Shown here piece after piece: positions 1-13,534 of a stretch of DNA of 64,000 nt. The stretch is from contig OZ218950.1 in the NCBI GenBank assembly GCA_965112735.1, positions 4,898,001 to 4,962,000 on the forward strand, written 5' to 3'. This DNA is from Phaeosaccion multiseriatum. Lineage: Eukaryota > Protista > Ochrophyta, other classes. Below the pieces are notes generated by a model that saw only the letters and a program-made list of their open reading frames with translations, searched no databases and had not been told where the DNA came from. The translations under genes and the position numbers were made by a program. Every line of letters starts with the position of its first letter. Positions within the stretch are counted from its first letter, which is position 1.

Positions 1-333
1 GTGGACGTACCGTGAGTGTCTTCACGAAGATCTGCATGGCTGCCCGTCTCCCTGCAACGCTGGCTCTGGCCCACCAAAACCCGCCGCCCCCCTGGAGATT
101 TGCCGATTTGCCAGCCTGTTGCTGGCGTATGTGAAATGTCGAAAGCACCTGCCTAACTGTTGAGCTCGAGATGAAAGCGGATGGAGGGCGTCGCACTGCG
201 GGAGAGTTGAATGTTGACGCAATCGGGGTGGGCACGAGTGAGCCCAGCCTTTGTGCATCTTTGCATCAGTAGCGTCCAACCGACGTGGACAAGAGTGCGA
301 AGAGTGGGAAGTTGGACGGAATCGCGGAGGGAG

Positions 334-1880
334 ATGGTGGCATCCGCAAATGTGGACGCCGAACCGACAGGGGAAGTTGATGAGGCGTCCTGGCGAACAC
401 CGCCGACACAGCCAGAGCCTATCTTCTTCTCTCACGACGGCGGCATTGACGACCTCGTCACGCTGTGCCTCGTTTGCCAGGGCGTCCGGGCAAAGCGCTT
501 CCGCCTCCTTGGAGTCAGCGTCACCGCGGCTGACTCGATCATGCAGCCTGCTTTGCGTAGCACCAGGAAAATCCTCGATGTTTGTGAGCCTTCCACTTGC
601 TCGTCCTTCTCCGTCTCGGTGTGTGACGCGGAGGGCGTCCACCCCTTCCCCGACGAGTGGAGGGCGGCTTCCTACAGATCGTGCCATTTGCCAGCCCTGC
701 TGAGGGACGGACCGGCGCGCACCAAACTAGATGCGGACCGGCCTGCCCACTTGTGCCTGCTTGATGCCATCAAAGGATCCCCTCAGCCTATCACAGTGAG
801 TAGAGAGGAGAGGGGCGGGGCACGGGGGGGGGGGGGGGTTGCAGCGCTCTCTTCGCACCTTTGACGCACTCATTCCCCCCACTCCCCTCGGACAATGGGG
901 GGATGGGTCACCAGGGCGACCGAGCGCCTTCTGTTCAATCTCGCTGGTGTATCGTTAACCCATATGTGAACCATCAACCAACCACCACCCCTCTCCAGAT
1001 CCTAGAGACTGGGCCACTGACATGTGTGGCGCGGATGCTGGAGGTGTGCTCCCCGGAGACGCGGCTGAACATTAAACAAATCGTCTGGATGGGCGGCGCA
1101 ATCGATGTTGAAGGTAATGTCCGGGGCCAGAACGTCAACAGCGGCAGCAGCAGCAGCAGCAGCAGTAGCAGCAGTAGTAGTAGCAGCAGGGTGAAGCACG
1201 ACGGTAGCGCAGAGTGGAATAGCTTCTGGGACCCCGTATCGGCCAGCGCAGTGCTCCATTCAGGGGTCCCAGTAACCCTTTGCCCGCTGGACGTGACCCG
1301 CCTTGCCCCCATCACCACCTCCTTCCTCACCCGCCTCGCGACTGCGGAACCTTGCGCTGTCGGAAGCGCGACGTGCCTCGTGGGGGAAGGAAAGGACGGC
1401 ATAGGTGGCTGCCAGGGGGAAGGAAAGGACGGCATAGGTGGCTACCAGGGGGAAGGAAAGGACGGCATAGGTGGCTGCCAGGGGGAAGGAAAGGACGGCA
1501 TGACTGGCTGCCAGGGGGATGGAAAGGACGGTATAGAGCAAGAGCAAGAGCAAGAGCAAGAGCCAGTGGCGCCGCTGGCAGACCTGGTGTGTCAGATGTA
1601 TGCCACCGGGCAGGAGAGCATAGAGGAGGACGCAAGTAAGGAGCCTGGTGGGGATGGTGGGGGGGTGTGCGCGTGGGACTTGTTGACAGCGAGTTACTTG
1701 CTTTGGCCCGACCTCTTCACTTGCACGGAGGCAGGAGTCGCGATCGTTCGAGCTGGCGAGAGCGCCGGGCGGACAGAGAGAAGGAGCCTTGCGGACGGGG
1801 GTGTGGCGGTGTCCGTGCTGTCGGGCCTCGACAAGGAGGGGTGGGAGGGAAGAGTGGTGGCTGCTCTGGCGGAGGGCTGA
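334..1880 (+). CDS. Purine nucleoside hydrolase (IU-NH family, IAG-NH-like); exons 334-795, 999-1880
   Basis: The motifs FSHDGGIDD (Ca/ribose-binding Asp motif), ETGPLT (restored by splicing GT796..AG998), WMGGA, HDGSAEWNSFWDP, PLDVT and AWDLLTA are characteristic of nucleoside hydrolases. The two Trp residues (NSFWD and AWD) fit the purine-specific type. Confidence 0.9.
1382..1562 (+). repeat. In-frame 33-bp tandem repeat (GEGKDGIGGCQ, about 4.5 copies) followed by (GAGCAA)n, inside the hydrolase exon
   Basis: The unit ggggaaggaaaggacggcataggtggctgccag is directly visible. Confidence 0.9.
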
Positions 1881-1999
1881 GAGGAGAGGACCGATTGCGA
1901 GCGAGCAGTCGAGGTGCGTGCTGTGTATGCATAGATTGATGGTGAAGAGGAGGAGAGGACAAGCCGGTGGGTGGTGTAAGTACAGTAGTATTAAAAAAA

Positions 2000-4768
2000 T
2001 TAAGTCAGTAGGGACTCGAATTCTTTCTCTGTCGGAGCTCGGAGCTCCATCGCCGCTGACATCGTGCTGGCCTTCCCTTGTCTGCTGCTGCTCGGCCTGT
2101 CGCTCTCCGCGGCCACGAATCCGTCCTTACTCCTGGCACCACCACCGGGACGGCTCCCGCTCTTCTTTCTCTTGCTCGTACTAGCAACACCTGTCCGACC
2201 ACCACCGCCACTGCTGCTGCTTCTCCTTCTTCCTCCTCCGCCATTCTGAAGCGCCCCACCGGCCGTGCTTACAGGCCTCTTGCTCATCTTTCCTTTCCTC
2301 CTCCACCCCCCAGCTCCGCCGCCGCCTCCTCCCCCTCCTCCTCCTTTGTGCCCAGCCCCTTCTTCTTCCTGCCTGGCGTCCCTTTCACTGCGCCTCCTTT
2401 CAACTGCCGCACTGCTACGCCTCCTTTCAGCCGCCGCAGCCATGACCTCCGTCTCACCCTTGGGCGTACTGAAGTGAGGAGTGAAGGTGTGATCTGCGCC
2501 CACCTGCAGTTCTGCGTCCTGCCTCTGCTGGTCCCTGGTGCGCACGTCGACAAGCATTCGATTGAGGAAGCCGAGGTGACCTGCGGCCTTCTCCTTCAGC
2601 ATGTACTGCAGACGCGATTCTTTCACTTTCGTGGCCATTTTCTGACAAGAGAGAGGGGGGGGGGAGGGGGAGGGAGAGGGAGAGAGTGAGAGAAGTAGAA
2701 GTCGTGCTGGTGACTGCAACTCAATCAGGGCACGCACACACACAAAGAGAGAGATATGGATTAAGAGAGATGAGGGAGAGAGGAGAGAGAGAGTACGACG
2801 AAGAGGGAGTTAAGCACCGACGGGGAGGAAGAACATGCCCTAGCCTCGACTAGCCAGGTGCGACAGCAGGGCCGAGATCGACCGACCGACCGACCGCTGT
2901 GACAGCCCGCTCCTCACCTCGGCCATGACGTCTCTCTGCAGTTTGGCCCTCTGCTGTTCGCTCCTCTCCTGGTACCTTTCGTTCTGGGCCAGCCAAGCCA
3001 TCCCAGACGACACCTTGCCCTTGCAGTAGGCCACCACGCAGTTGGGGCACATGGTCTTCTTGTGGGCCCACTCGTCATAGGCCTGCTGCGCTCCACACTG
3101 CGGACACACGAGCTTGTCGAGTCGGTCCTCATACTCGGCTTCGGCGATCCTCCTCTCCTTGGCCCCTCTGCTGGTCTGCAGCATGGCCTCCATGCGACAT
3201 AGGAACTTGTCGCGGGGGTCTTCGGGAATGCCCCACTTGTTGGTTTTGCTGTGTCCTCCTCCGGCATCAGCGTCCTTGTCCTCATGGACAAAATCATAGC
3301 CGCACGCGGGGTTGCGCATCGCCGCGAGGGCTTTCCGACTCCTCACAGGCTTGAAGGTGCACTCTCGCTTCTCCTGGGCGGTCAGAGGGCGCGTTGCTGG
3401 GGTCACGTTCTCCACTCCTCGCTTGGCAGGGGTGGCCAGGGCCTCCATGCGCTCCTTACTAAAGGCCTTGCTTGCCTTGTGCTGCTGCTCTTGCTTCTCA
3501 CGCTGACGGAGAAGTGTGGAGACCTTCAGCACGACGGAGGCGTTGTCGTCCGCGCCATCACCGCTGCCACCTCGTGCACTATTGCTCCTCCTCCCACTGT
3601 CGTTCTGCTGGCTACCATCGACCCTTCTTGTTGCTTCCCCCGTGAGCCCGAAGAGTTTGGCCTGGGAATACGTGAAGGAGATGCCTTTCGCCTTGATGAC
3701 CACCTTGTCGTCCCGGTTCACCCATCCACTTCCGTACACTCCGCCCACTTGCGTGGCCATGAGCTGCTCCTGCTGTCGCTGCTGCTCCTGCTTCCGTTCG
3801 TGGTGAAGTCGTGTCTCGTCGTCTATGCTACTACCCCTGCTGCCGCGGCGTACCCGACCTCTACACGTTGCACCATCGCCTACTGCTATCCCGGCTGGAG
3901 CGGTGGAGGAGTTTTGCCCCTCCTTCCTTGCCCTTGCTGACGTGAGGCCGGAGTCTAACGTAGCGAAGCCTATCTCTCCTCCTCTCGCTCCGATTACTCC
4001 GGTGTCGAAATCATCATCGTAGTGAGAATCAACGTCGCCAATATCGTCTTCTTTTCTTCTTCTTCCATGGTCAGACTCGTAAGTCATTTCGTAGCCTTCC
4101 TCGTCCTGCTCCGGACCATTGCTTGCATCACTTTCCCTCCCCTTCTCTCCTCCTCCGTCTCCCGGCTTTGCTATTTGTGCCTCTCCTCTACCCTCCGTCC
4201 CCACCGCTGCTTCGTCTCCCCCTTCCGTAGAGTGCAAGGCCGCCCTCGATGACTCTTTGGTAGCTGTGGGTGACCGCCCAGATTTGGCCAAAATGTCTTG
4301 GGCCATCTTCATCATCACATCCTCTTCCTCCTGCAGCTTGCGCCCCCGGGCCGCCACTCCTTCTTTGCTCCTCCCCCCCTCCGTATCGTCTGTCTCTATG
4401 CCCCCGCTGAATACAGAGTCGATATCCTCGCCCCCTTCTCCCCGTGAGGATTCTTCCCCAAGAGAGCCCATGATCTCGTCCATCATGTCCGCGTCATCAT
4501 CATCATCGTCTTCATCCATACGCATCATGATGTCGTACTCATCATCGTCGTCAGCATCCCCACCATCGATGACGTCGTTGTCCCCTCTCAGCACAGCCAA
4601 GCGCTCGCTGCCGCCTTCTGTCCCTCTCCCGAAGGAGCTGTTGCTGCTCTTGATGCTCTTGAGGGAGCGTGTGGATCTTGCCGACCTGGGGGTCCCGAGA
4701 CTGGCCAGACTACCATTCTGAGACGTGGCGCGGCTCGCGAGCCTCGCCACATCCTCTCGATCAGCCAT
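2000..4768 (-). CDS. Hypothetical protein with acidic/low-complexity N-terminus, coiled coils and a CxxC-x13-CxxC zinc ribbon; exons 4768-2918, 2641-2000
   Basis: The long ORF starting MADREDVAR is joined in frame by a GT-AG intron (2917-2642). It contains CPQCG..CPNC and recurring (C/H)TFxP motifs (ECTFKP, DHTFTP). Confidence 0.65.
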
Positions 4769-5666
4769 GGCGGTCTCAAGAGAGGAGGCGACACAATAGG
4801 CTCTCAGTCTGGCAGTTACACCTGTCGATCCGAGGGCGGGGGCTTTTAACACTCGTGGTTTTTGCTTTTTTCTTTCTCCCCTTTCTTCTTGTCTTTCTTT
4901 CGCCTTTTCACTCCTCTCCTAGCTAAGACCAGTTATACAGGCCTCCGGATGGGCTTGGGATGGGTTAATAAATGGTGATTTCATTCTGTTCTCTCCTTCC
5001 CCTTTTTATGATCACAACATGCCTACAAACCCAAAAAATTGTATTAAGAGGGATTTCGGGCAAAGAATAAACGTTTTCGGCTTTTCCTCTTCCCCTTTTT
5101 TAAACCCTTTAAGAGTAAAACCTGGATGAACGGACAGCTAATCGGTTTTGCTGCTAACTCTGAAGGATACAGGTTGTTTGAGGTTCCGATGGCTTTATTG
5201 TGCCTCCCTTACCTATGGCTACTCTGGACGCTGAGCAGAAATTCACACGCACCTCTGGAAAGTGGAAAAAGGGGGGGGGGGGGCGAGGGGGGGCTAATTT
5301 TCCCAGCGGACAGACACCCAATTCCCTTACGTGCCGTACTTATGTAAGGATGTGACGTACTTACGTAAGTATGCGACGCACTTACGTAAGTTTCTAAAAG
5401 TAATATCTTTTCCAATTTCTATGATTCTATGATCCCTTAGTAACTTACTCCCGACTTCTAAAGGTGGCAATGTGTTCGTAAGAGGCAGGGCCAAGACAGG
5501 GAGGCAAGTACGGCGCCAGTAGTGGCTAAAGAAGAAAAAGGGGGGGGGGGGGTGGGGGGGGGGTAGGCCCTGTCCGCAAAACGGGTGTGTCCGCCCATCC
5601 AGGTTTTACTCTTACTAGGGTTTTCGGCTTTTCGCCTCCCCTTTTAAACCCTTTATTAGCCTTTTC

Positions 5667-6170
5667 CTCACTCACTCACTCACTCACCACACTCACCACA
5701 CTCACTCACTCACTCACTCACTCACTCACTCACTCACTCACTCACTCACTCACTCACTCACTCACTCACTCACTCACTCACTCACTCACTCACTCACTCA
5801 CTCACTCACTCACTCACTCACGCACTCACTCACTCACTCACTCACTCACTCTCTCACTCACTCAACCACTCACTCACTCACTCACTCACTCACTCACTCA
5901 CTCACTCACTCACTCACTCACTCACTCACTCACTCACTCACTCACTCCCTCCCTCCCTCCCTCCCTCCCTCCCTCCCGCTCCCTCTCACTACTGAGCAAG
6001 TTCGCTCTAAAGTATCCTCACTCACCCGCTCACCCAGTCACTCACTCACTCACTCTCTCACTCTCTCACTCACTCACCCACGTACATGCACACCAACTCA
6101 CTCACCCGCTCACCCAGTCACTCACCCACTCACCCACTCACTAACTCACTCACATACTCTCACGCACTGT
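5667..6170. repeat. (CACT)n/(CCCT)n microsatellite tract
   Basis: Direct reading. The 'THSL' ORF here is a repeat artefact. Confidence 0.95.
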
Positions 6171-6513
6171 TTCACCCTCACCGTAGAGGCTCGTGGTGAC
6201 GATACCCTCCCTGTCCTGTGGGTACCCCATTTTGTGCTCTTGTGTGTCTCTCGCCAGCTGCAAGGGTACTTAATAGGCCTTAACTACTCCTCATTATTTG
6301 TACCCCTTGCTACTCCCCCCGCCCTCTCAATAGAGATTTCTGCGGACATATGTATGATTGCCAAGTGGCGTATGCGGAAGCCTCCTTCCGCGAATCGGGG
6401 TCTCTCAAACAGCCGTTAAGCTTCCAACTCGTTTTTGCCGCTTTCGCTCACAAACATCACATCCTGCTCATTTTCAAGAGAGTGCCAAGACTTTCACCAC
6501 CACTAACAACAAG

Positions 6514-8862
6514 ATGAAGGGAGCTACTGTCATCGCCGCTCTTGCCCTGGCCGGGCTCAGCTCGACTGCCGCACGTAAGTTTGTTTTTGGTCCCTCTCGC
6601 TCTCTTTCTGGCCTCTTACACCTTCTTAGGGGGGGGAAGGGCGATTCTGAGTTTCGGGATGGCGAGGAAAGGAGGAGAGGAGAGGAGAGGAGAGGAGGGG
6701 AGTTTTTGCTTGTGTCTGCGCGGGGCTTGCCGCACCAAAGGGTCTGGCTTCTGCTCTTGCGTTGCCTCCACTGGTGCGGCAGCAGCCAGTGCGCAGAGAT
6801 GGATACCACCAGGATAGTATCATTTCAAGTATCATTGGTGGACATGGGGCGGCGAAGGAGATGATGTAGCGGGCAGGGGACTGCGAGGATATGCCTTTCT
6901 CTGCGTGCATTGCTGCACAGGCACACATCCCTCTCCAACAGGAGATCAGCGCGCGGCATATCTAGGCGCCCTATAGGTTGCCTCCGCTTGCTACGTCATT
7001 GCAGTTGCCTGGCCGCAGGGCGTATCTTCTCGCTCTCTCCTCACCTATCGTCCCTTGTCCCCTGACTGCACAGAGGACTTCACCACTTATCCTTTGTGTC
7101 CTACGGAGGGCCCTTGCTCGGCATGCACCCAATCGCAAATGGACACCGACGCCCAGTGGGACAAGATTGTGTTTGAGGATGAGACGTGCTTCGATGGCGC
7201 AGAGCACTGTAACATGTTTGGCATGGACGTCAGCTGCCGTGGGTGAGTGAGCAAGTGAGCGGAGGTGTGAAACTCGATTATATTCCGCGAAAGGATGGCC
7301 ATTCTTCATGAAGCGTAGAGGGGAGTTTGGGTGGGTCCATCACGAGCGACAGATCCCGTTGTGTAGTGTGCGGAAGCACTCAAGCTCATCCCCTGTGCTC
7401 CTCTATGTACGCAGATGCTTCACCACGTGCGAGGGCGCTAAAATCTACGTGGATGATATTACCGCCAAGGGTATCACGGAGGAGATTTACTTCTGCTTGG
7501 AACAGATCGACTACGAGAGGGACTGCATGGGCACGGACGCCCCAACGGAGGCCGACACCCCGGCACCCACCGACCCTCCTACGGTACGTCAAAGCAGTCT
7601 TCCGACTTTCTTCTTTTGCGTCTCTTTCCTCTGCCCTGCTTTTTCTTCTGCGTCTTTCCTCGGCCGTGCCCAAACTCATTTCCTTGCCACTTCGCCCCGC
7701 CCTCCTTCAGGTCGAGGCTACCCCCGCGCCCATGTACGTTCCTACTGAGGCCCCTGTCGCCCCAGACACCGTGGCCGCCACTGAGGCCCCCGTCGCTCCG
7801 GTGACCGAGGCTGTCACCCCCGCGCCCGTGTACGTTGCTACGGAGGCACCTGTCGCACCCGTCACTGAGGCCCCTGTCGCCCCAGACACCGTGGCCGCCA
7901 CTGAGGCCCCCGTCGCTCCGGTGACCGAGGCTGTCACCCCCGCGCCCGTGTACGTTGCTACGGAGGCACCTGTCGCACCCGTCACTGAGGCACCTGTCGC
8001 ACCCGTCACTGAGGCACCTGTCGCACCGGTCACTGAGGCACCTGTGGCACCGGTCACTGAGGCACCTGTGGCACCGGTCACTGAGGCACCTGTCGCCCCT
8101 GATGTGACTCCCGAGGGCGAGTGCGTGGTACCCCCTGCCTGCCCAGCCACCGAGGCAGACATTATGTACCTCGGACTCTACGAGAAGTGCATCACTGTGG
8201 ACACCAGCTGCACCACCAGCACTGACGGCGCGCCGTGCCACTGCGCCATGTTCGGGCTCGCTCAGGACTGCAGGTAAGACAGAGAAAGAGAGAGAGGGAC
8301 TTGACTTGGGTGTTGGGGGGCCGGCGGTGGGCGTAGGAATCACGTCTCCACTCGGCGCCAACTCCAGCTGGCCCCATCCGCCTTGTCTGGAATGCGCCAC
8401 TCTGCATCATATGTTTAGTTCAGTAACAGTGTGGGGGCGTGTGCGGTTTTGCCCTTTTTGGTTCCCTCTCTTACGCCTTGCTCTTCGTATGTTGCTCACT
8501 CACTTCTCAGGGGCTGCTACATGTCTTGCGAGGGAGCGATGGCGTACCTCGCGGACTACCCCTCCACCCCAGCCACGGAATTCTTCTTCTGCCCCTCCTC
8601 GGGCCTGACTTACGAGACGTGCGCCGGCGGAAGCAGCACGCCCTCCGGTGACGGAATAATTATCGGAGACGCCCCCACCCCGGCCTTCGAGACGGTCGCC
8701 CCTATCGCGGTCGGAGAGGACGGGTGTGCATGCGACGGTTTCGGGGAGCAGTGCTACATGGACGACTCGTGCACGATGGGAGATCTCGGTTGCAACGTTC
8801 GTGGAATGCTGAGCTGCCGCTTCTGTGGATTCGGGGTGTACGCCGACATCGCATGCCCTTGA
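6514..8862 (+). CDS. Secreted cysteine-rich protein with mucin-like TEAPVAPV repeats and a C-terminal C..D..C..GDLGCN..G...CRFCGFG.Y..I.CP domain; exons 6514-6574, 7074-7242, 7415-7583, 7711-8273, 8511-8862
   Basis: Signal peptide MKGATVIAALALAGLSSTAA. All four introns are GT-AG and phase-consistent. There are repeated Cys-rich modules, and the paralog at 17369-19432 supports the model. Confidence 0.85.
7720..8100 (+). repeat. Coding tandem repeats (two 120-bp units plus 24-bp TEAPVAPV units)
   Basis: Repeated gtcactgaggcacctgtcgcaccc units. Confidence 0.9.
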
Positions 8863-11306
8863 GAAGTTTTTGGGGGAAGACGTATGATTTGACACTCGTT
8901 TTTGTACAACCGTAGTACTGTGTTTGAGCTTCTCTCTTGTGTGAATTCTTCGTCGCTGATACCTTGGGTCCCAGCATTTCTGCCGCCAGCTAGCAACACA
9001 TCGAAGAGATGGTTTTAAGTATTTGTGTCGGTGCAAATCACACGTTTTGTTACTAGTTTTATCGGTTGTTTTTTAAAAACAGTAGTAATAATAAAGAACA
9101 AGGTAGTGGAAACAAAGACTGCCGACATCGGCACTGCTCCTTGCGCCAAGCCGCCTTGCATAATCATATTCCCCACCCTGCGTTTGGTTGGGTTGGTACA
9201 CTGTAGACAACGCTTTTGTAGCCTGTTAGCAGAGCATACGGAGCTCACTCTACTCGGCCCTGCCCTGGACAGGCTTCGCAGCTTCACCACCGTTGATTGC
9301 AACCTCTTTTGCACACAAATCGAGGTCGATTTTCGCGCACATCCGAGGGGGAATAGAGAGGGAAGGGGCAGGGGTAGTGGGGAGGGGAGGAAGGGGAGAT
9401 ACAGAGAGGAGACCGGTCTACTGCTATCCACCATCACCGCCACTATCAACACGGACATCAACGTTCCCTCTTACCTGCTAACCTCCGGCGTCTCCAGCGG
9501 CTCCCAAGGTGGGGAGGTCGTGGGCACCGAAGCCCGCTTTCCTTCCTGTACCCGTATGAGCAGGACCGAGACACAGGCCAGCCCTTCCAAACACCAACGG
9601 GAGCCTGGGTCGGACGCAGTCAGTCGGGCATCAAAAGCAAGCCGCGCTGCGCTGTGCGACTCTCATAATCCATGCGCTGTTGCCACCCAAACAAGCACTC
9701 CTGCATATGAGTCAACTCGACCACCGGTCACCCTGCCGAGATACGGCGCAAAGCAAGGGTGGCCCAACGACCAAACGCAACCCGAGACATTGCCAGACCA
9801 GCACCAGCTCGGCAGAAGAGGGGCCAGCAGATGGAAAGAGACTAGTCAAGTCTCTGATCGCTCCCGAGTGCTGTCATGTCAGCCCGCCACAGCCATGCCT
9901 CCACACCCCACTTGCGTGGCCACTCTAGACCCGGACTTGACAAATCCGATAGAACCTGCTTCTCCACGTGGAAGGTGCGTGTGGGCGTGTGTGTGTGTGT
10001 GTGTGTGTGTGTGGAGCCTCAAAAGCTTTTGCGGTGTCACGACAAGTCACGCCGTCCCTACCCATGAATGGCAAGAGGGACGCGCATCAAGACGCCGGCT
10101 TACGACTTCGACCCGAGGGAAGGAGAGTCCCCGTCGGGTATTTCTCATCATCGGCTCCTCCGAACGCGCACACACACACACACGCACACTCCTGCTGCGC
10201 ACACACACGCACCAAAATCTCTTGAGAGAAGAAGGGCAGCTATCCGCAGGTCTTTGCACCCCCTGATGCTTGGCAAGCAAGAGTCGGGAAGTCAAAGAGG
10301 AGGATGGTCTGATGGGGCTGCTGGAGAAGAAGCTCCGGTAGCCCTGGTCGGTCGGCGCACACTGCACGTGTGTCCATCACCTCCAGAGAGCGCGAGTTGG
10401 GAACCTCCGTCAATACCTCTCGGATATTATCGTCATTGAGCGGACAAGGGAGAGGTCGAAAGCCGTCCACCTTGCCACTCTAGAAGCTGCCGTCTGCGTT
10501 CGTCATTGGTTTCCCTGTTCTTGCTCACTGGTTGCGGCGGAGCACACACACCCGCACGCACTTCGCTGATCGGGCTATCTCCCTCCTTCGGCTCTGCCAA
10601 CCAAAAGAGGCGGCCAGAGGGGTTAGACAGCAGAGTGGAGACGAAAGAGAGACGTCAGACAATGGATCAACTGAGAAAAGGGACACAAGAGTCCGTAGAA
10701 AGAGAGATATATAAGGCAAGGAGTAGTCGAGGATGAACAGCATGGAACACGACAAGAACAAGCCCACCTGAAAGAAAATCCAGAGCGAAGGTCCCTCGGC
10801 GCAAGATGTCGACGCGAAAGCTGCGCCATCGGCCAGCTCGGACACAAACAAGAGGGCCACCCCCTACCCCACAAAGGGGCCCTCCTCCCCCCTCTTCCGG
10901 AAAGCAAGCTCCAAGCCCTACCGAGCTAGTCTTCTCAGCAAGAATGTCTCGTCATTGCCCAGCACTCTGTCCTGGGCATTGCTGCTACAGAGAGAATACT
11001 GCGCTCGGATTTGGCTTGTTTACGGTCCGAGGGCTGCATTGGAGCCCTCCAATCCCATCGAGGGAGGGGTGGTTTAAAGGCAGGCCGCCCAAAAGAGCGT
11101 CGACGAGGCTTAAGATGGCCCGGAACTCTCACGCCCCCTTCTTCCGAGGTCCTGCCCCCCATCCAAAGGGAAAAGAAGGAGAGGAACTGGGTCGAGCAGC
11201 CAGCGCCAAGTGTGAGAATTTGGGGACCACCAACAGGTGATCTAGCGAGCGAGCGAAGCCAAGCCCACCCAATAGTAGAGGACGCAAAGCTGCGTTGCAC
11301 AAAGGA

Positions 11307-12770
11307 ATGCCCCGAGCTGACTTTCTCCTGTGCATCTGGTTATCCTGCTTGTGCATTCTCTGCTCTCAATCTCTCCTCCTCCCTGTCGCCACACAGCGAC
11401 ACAGACGCTCACATCCTCGGGCTTCGCGTGGTGGGGCCAAGGAGGCAGCATGGCCAAAGGCGCAGCAACAGCAGCACCAATGCCAGACACGATCAGCGGC
11501 AACGAGGCTCTTTGGAGCCGGTGACATAAAAGCGGACTCCGACTCATACACGTCTTGGCTGACCAAAAAGATTGAGAAGAGCACGAGGCCAAAGATCGGG
11601 AGGGTGCCAAGACCAAGGCTGGACCTGAAGTTTGCCATTACCCTCATGCGGTCCTCGTATCAGGCGGCGGACGACCTAGACTTTGTGGCCATGGATAAGT
11701 TTCAGAAGGAATTTTTCTTCCTGCGCCAAGACAACTGGGAAGACTACAAAGAGGCCGTCCCATGCCAGCAGGGAGACTTGTCTTCGCCCGACTACTTTGA
11801 CTTCATCAGCTTCGCTCAGTATGCCACCATATCGGAACTTATGAAGAAGGGGCAAACCATCTTCGAGGAGAAGGTAGGAGGAGAGGGCAGTAGAAGGTAA
11901 AAGGAGGGAGGGGTTCTGCCTGAGCGAGAGGGGAGAGAAGACGAGTTGTTGTTGTGCCCTTTACAGGAACTTCGCTTGACGCCTCGATTGCTCGCTGGTT
12001 GCCCTCGTTCGCTCTTCCTCCCTCTCCCCCTCCCTCCCTCCCCCCTTGTGCTGCTGCGGACCTCGGACTCGCTCCGAGCAGGTGGATGCCGAGGGGAAAG
12101 TTCGGACCGTACAGCGGCCCCAAAAGTATCCCCAGGAGAACATCCTGCTGCCCGCGGCACACAGCCGAATCGTTGGAAACAAGATTCTGGGCTTTCTCCA
12201 CGAAACTTTTAGCAAGCCCGTCGTCAAGAGGCTCACACCCCCCAGCGACGACGGTGAGAGAAGGCACTCCTGACTCGCATTTATGAGGGTCGTGCTTTCT
12301 TCAGCCCACCCATACTTTGTAAAGGGACTTGCGACCTCATGTTTTGCATCCTTCTTCTTTGCTTGTCTCATTCACTTCGTACATCCCCTCCTACACCCGC
12401 CTGTCCTCCCATCCCACCGCACTCCACCCCCCTCCCCCCAACTCCAGACTTTCCGCTCTCCGATGCCTCACCCAAGAACTTGGCCTTCTTGAGGGACAAT
12501 ATCGAGGACATTCTCGACCTATTCCGTCTCAACTTCTATTCCGTGGGGGCCAAAGTGCAGCTTGACCCCGGGACAAAGACGTTCGCCCTGGAGCTGACCG
12601 CGCCCCCCACGCTGTGGTCGCAGCAGGTGCTGGTCCATCGGAAGGACTCACCTGTGAACGACTTTGAGGCCAAGGCAGTGTCGGCGTACTTGAGTCAGTG
12701 CGGTGTCGCACACAAGTACACCACACGGTATGAGCCCCTCACCGTCAAGCACTCCTTCGTTCTGCTGTAG
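11307..12770 (+). CDS. Conserved algal protein of unknown function, probably plastid-targeted; exons 11307-11873, 12082-12253, 12448-12770
   Basis: Hydrophobic signal-like N-terminus followed by a transit-like segment. The block FAITLMRSSY..D.LDFV.MD.FQK.FF..RQ..WE.Y....QGDL..P.YFDFISFAQY resembles algal hypothetical proteins as I recall them. The introns are phase-consistent GT-AG. Confidence 0.7.
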
Positions 12771-13534
12771 GGTAGGGGCCCATACTACTGACTGTGCTTT
12801 CGAGACCACAAAGACAGGGCGGGTGGGGGTCAGAGGATCCGTGCGTCCGTCCGTCTGTACCATGCGTGATGTGCACCGTCGAGTGCCATCCTTTTTTGTT
12901 TTTTTGTTTTTTTGGCACATCCGCTGCCAAACTCTCCAGCGCATGTTTGCGGGGGGCTTGGGCCAATCCCCGAGCTTCCTTCGCCTGGCTGCAGAGAACC
13001 AGCTTTTTTACCATCTCTCAGGGAAGAGAGAAAGCGATTTTTTGATTGGGTGGGGCTTGCCAATTACTCTTAACTTTAAGTTTGGTTAAAGCGATAAGCA
13101 TGACATTCGCGGAACGCTCCCGACCTTGTGACGAAACTGAAACTGCGTGAATGTCAAGCGTGACTACTTTTCAGTTCTAGGGAATGAAACATTTCTTTTA
13201 ACGCACGACGTGATGTGGGCACTCTTCTATAACCACCATACTTGCCTGGTCTGAAGTGTTCGCTCCAGTAGCAGCAGGCGGTTCCCGGAGCGCGAGTACT
13301 GTGTAAAGTTGTCCTTCGAGCGGGCCGAAAGGGGACCCACAAGCCCGAAACCCGTTTCAGGACACATCAGATCAGCTCGTACAGCATTGGCAGCAGAAGC
13401 TATCAAAGAGCACGAGTAGCAGACGCAGTGGCAGCAAGGACGGCATCAACGCACTACGTTCCGCCGGGCGTGGAGTTTGGGGTGGAATATTCGGTGTGGA
13501 CGAGTGTCTCGCACACCACCAGACACACAGTACT

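Noticed and set aside
5587-6144. 185-aa THSL-repeat ORF
   Set aside because: It is a translation of the (CACT)n microsatellite.
9025-10266. 413-aa ORF
   Set aside because: Non-ATG start, runs through a (GT)n repeat and has no recognisable motif, so it is likely a chance ORF.
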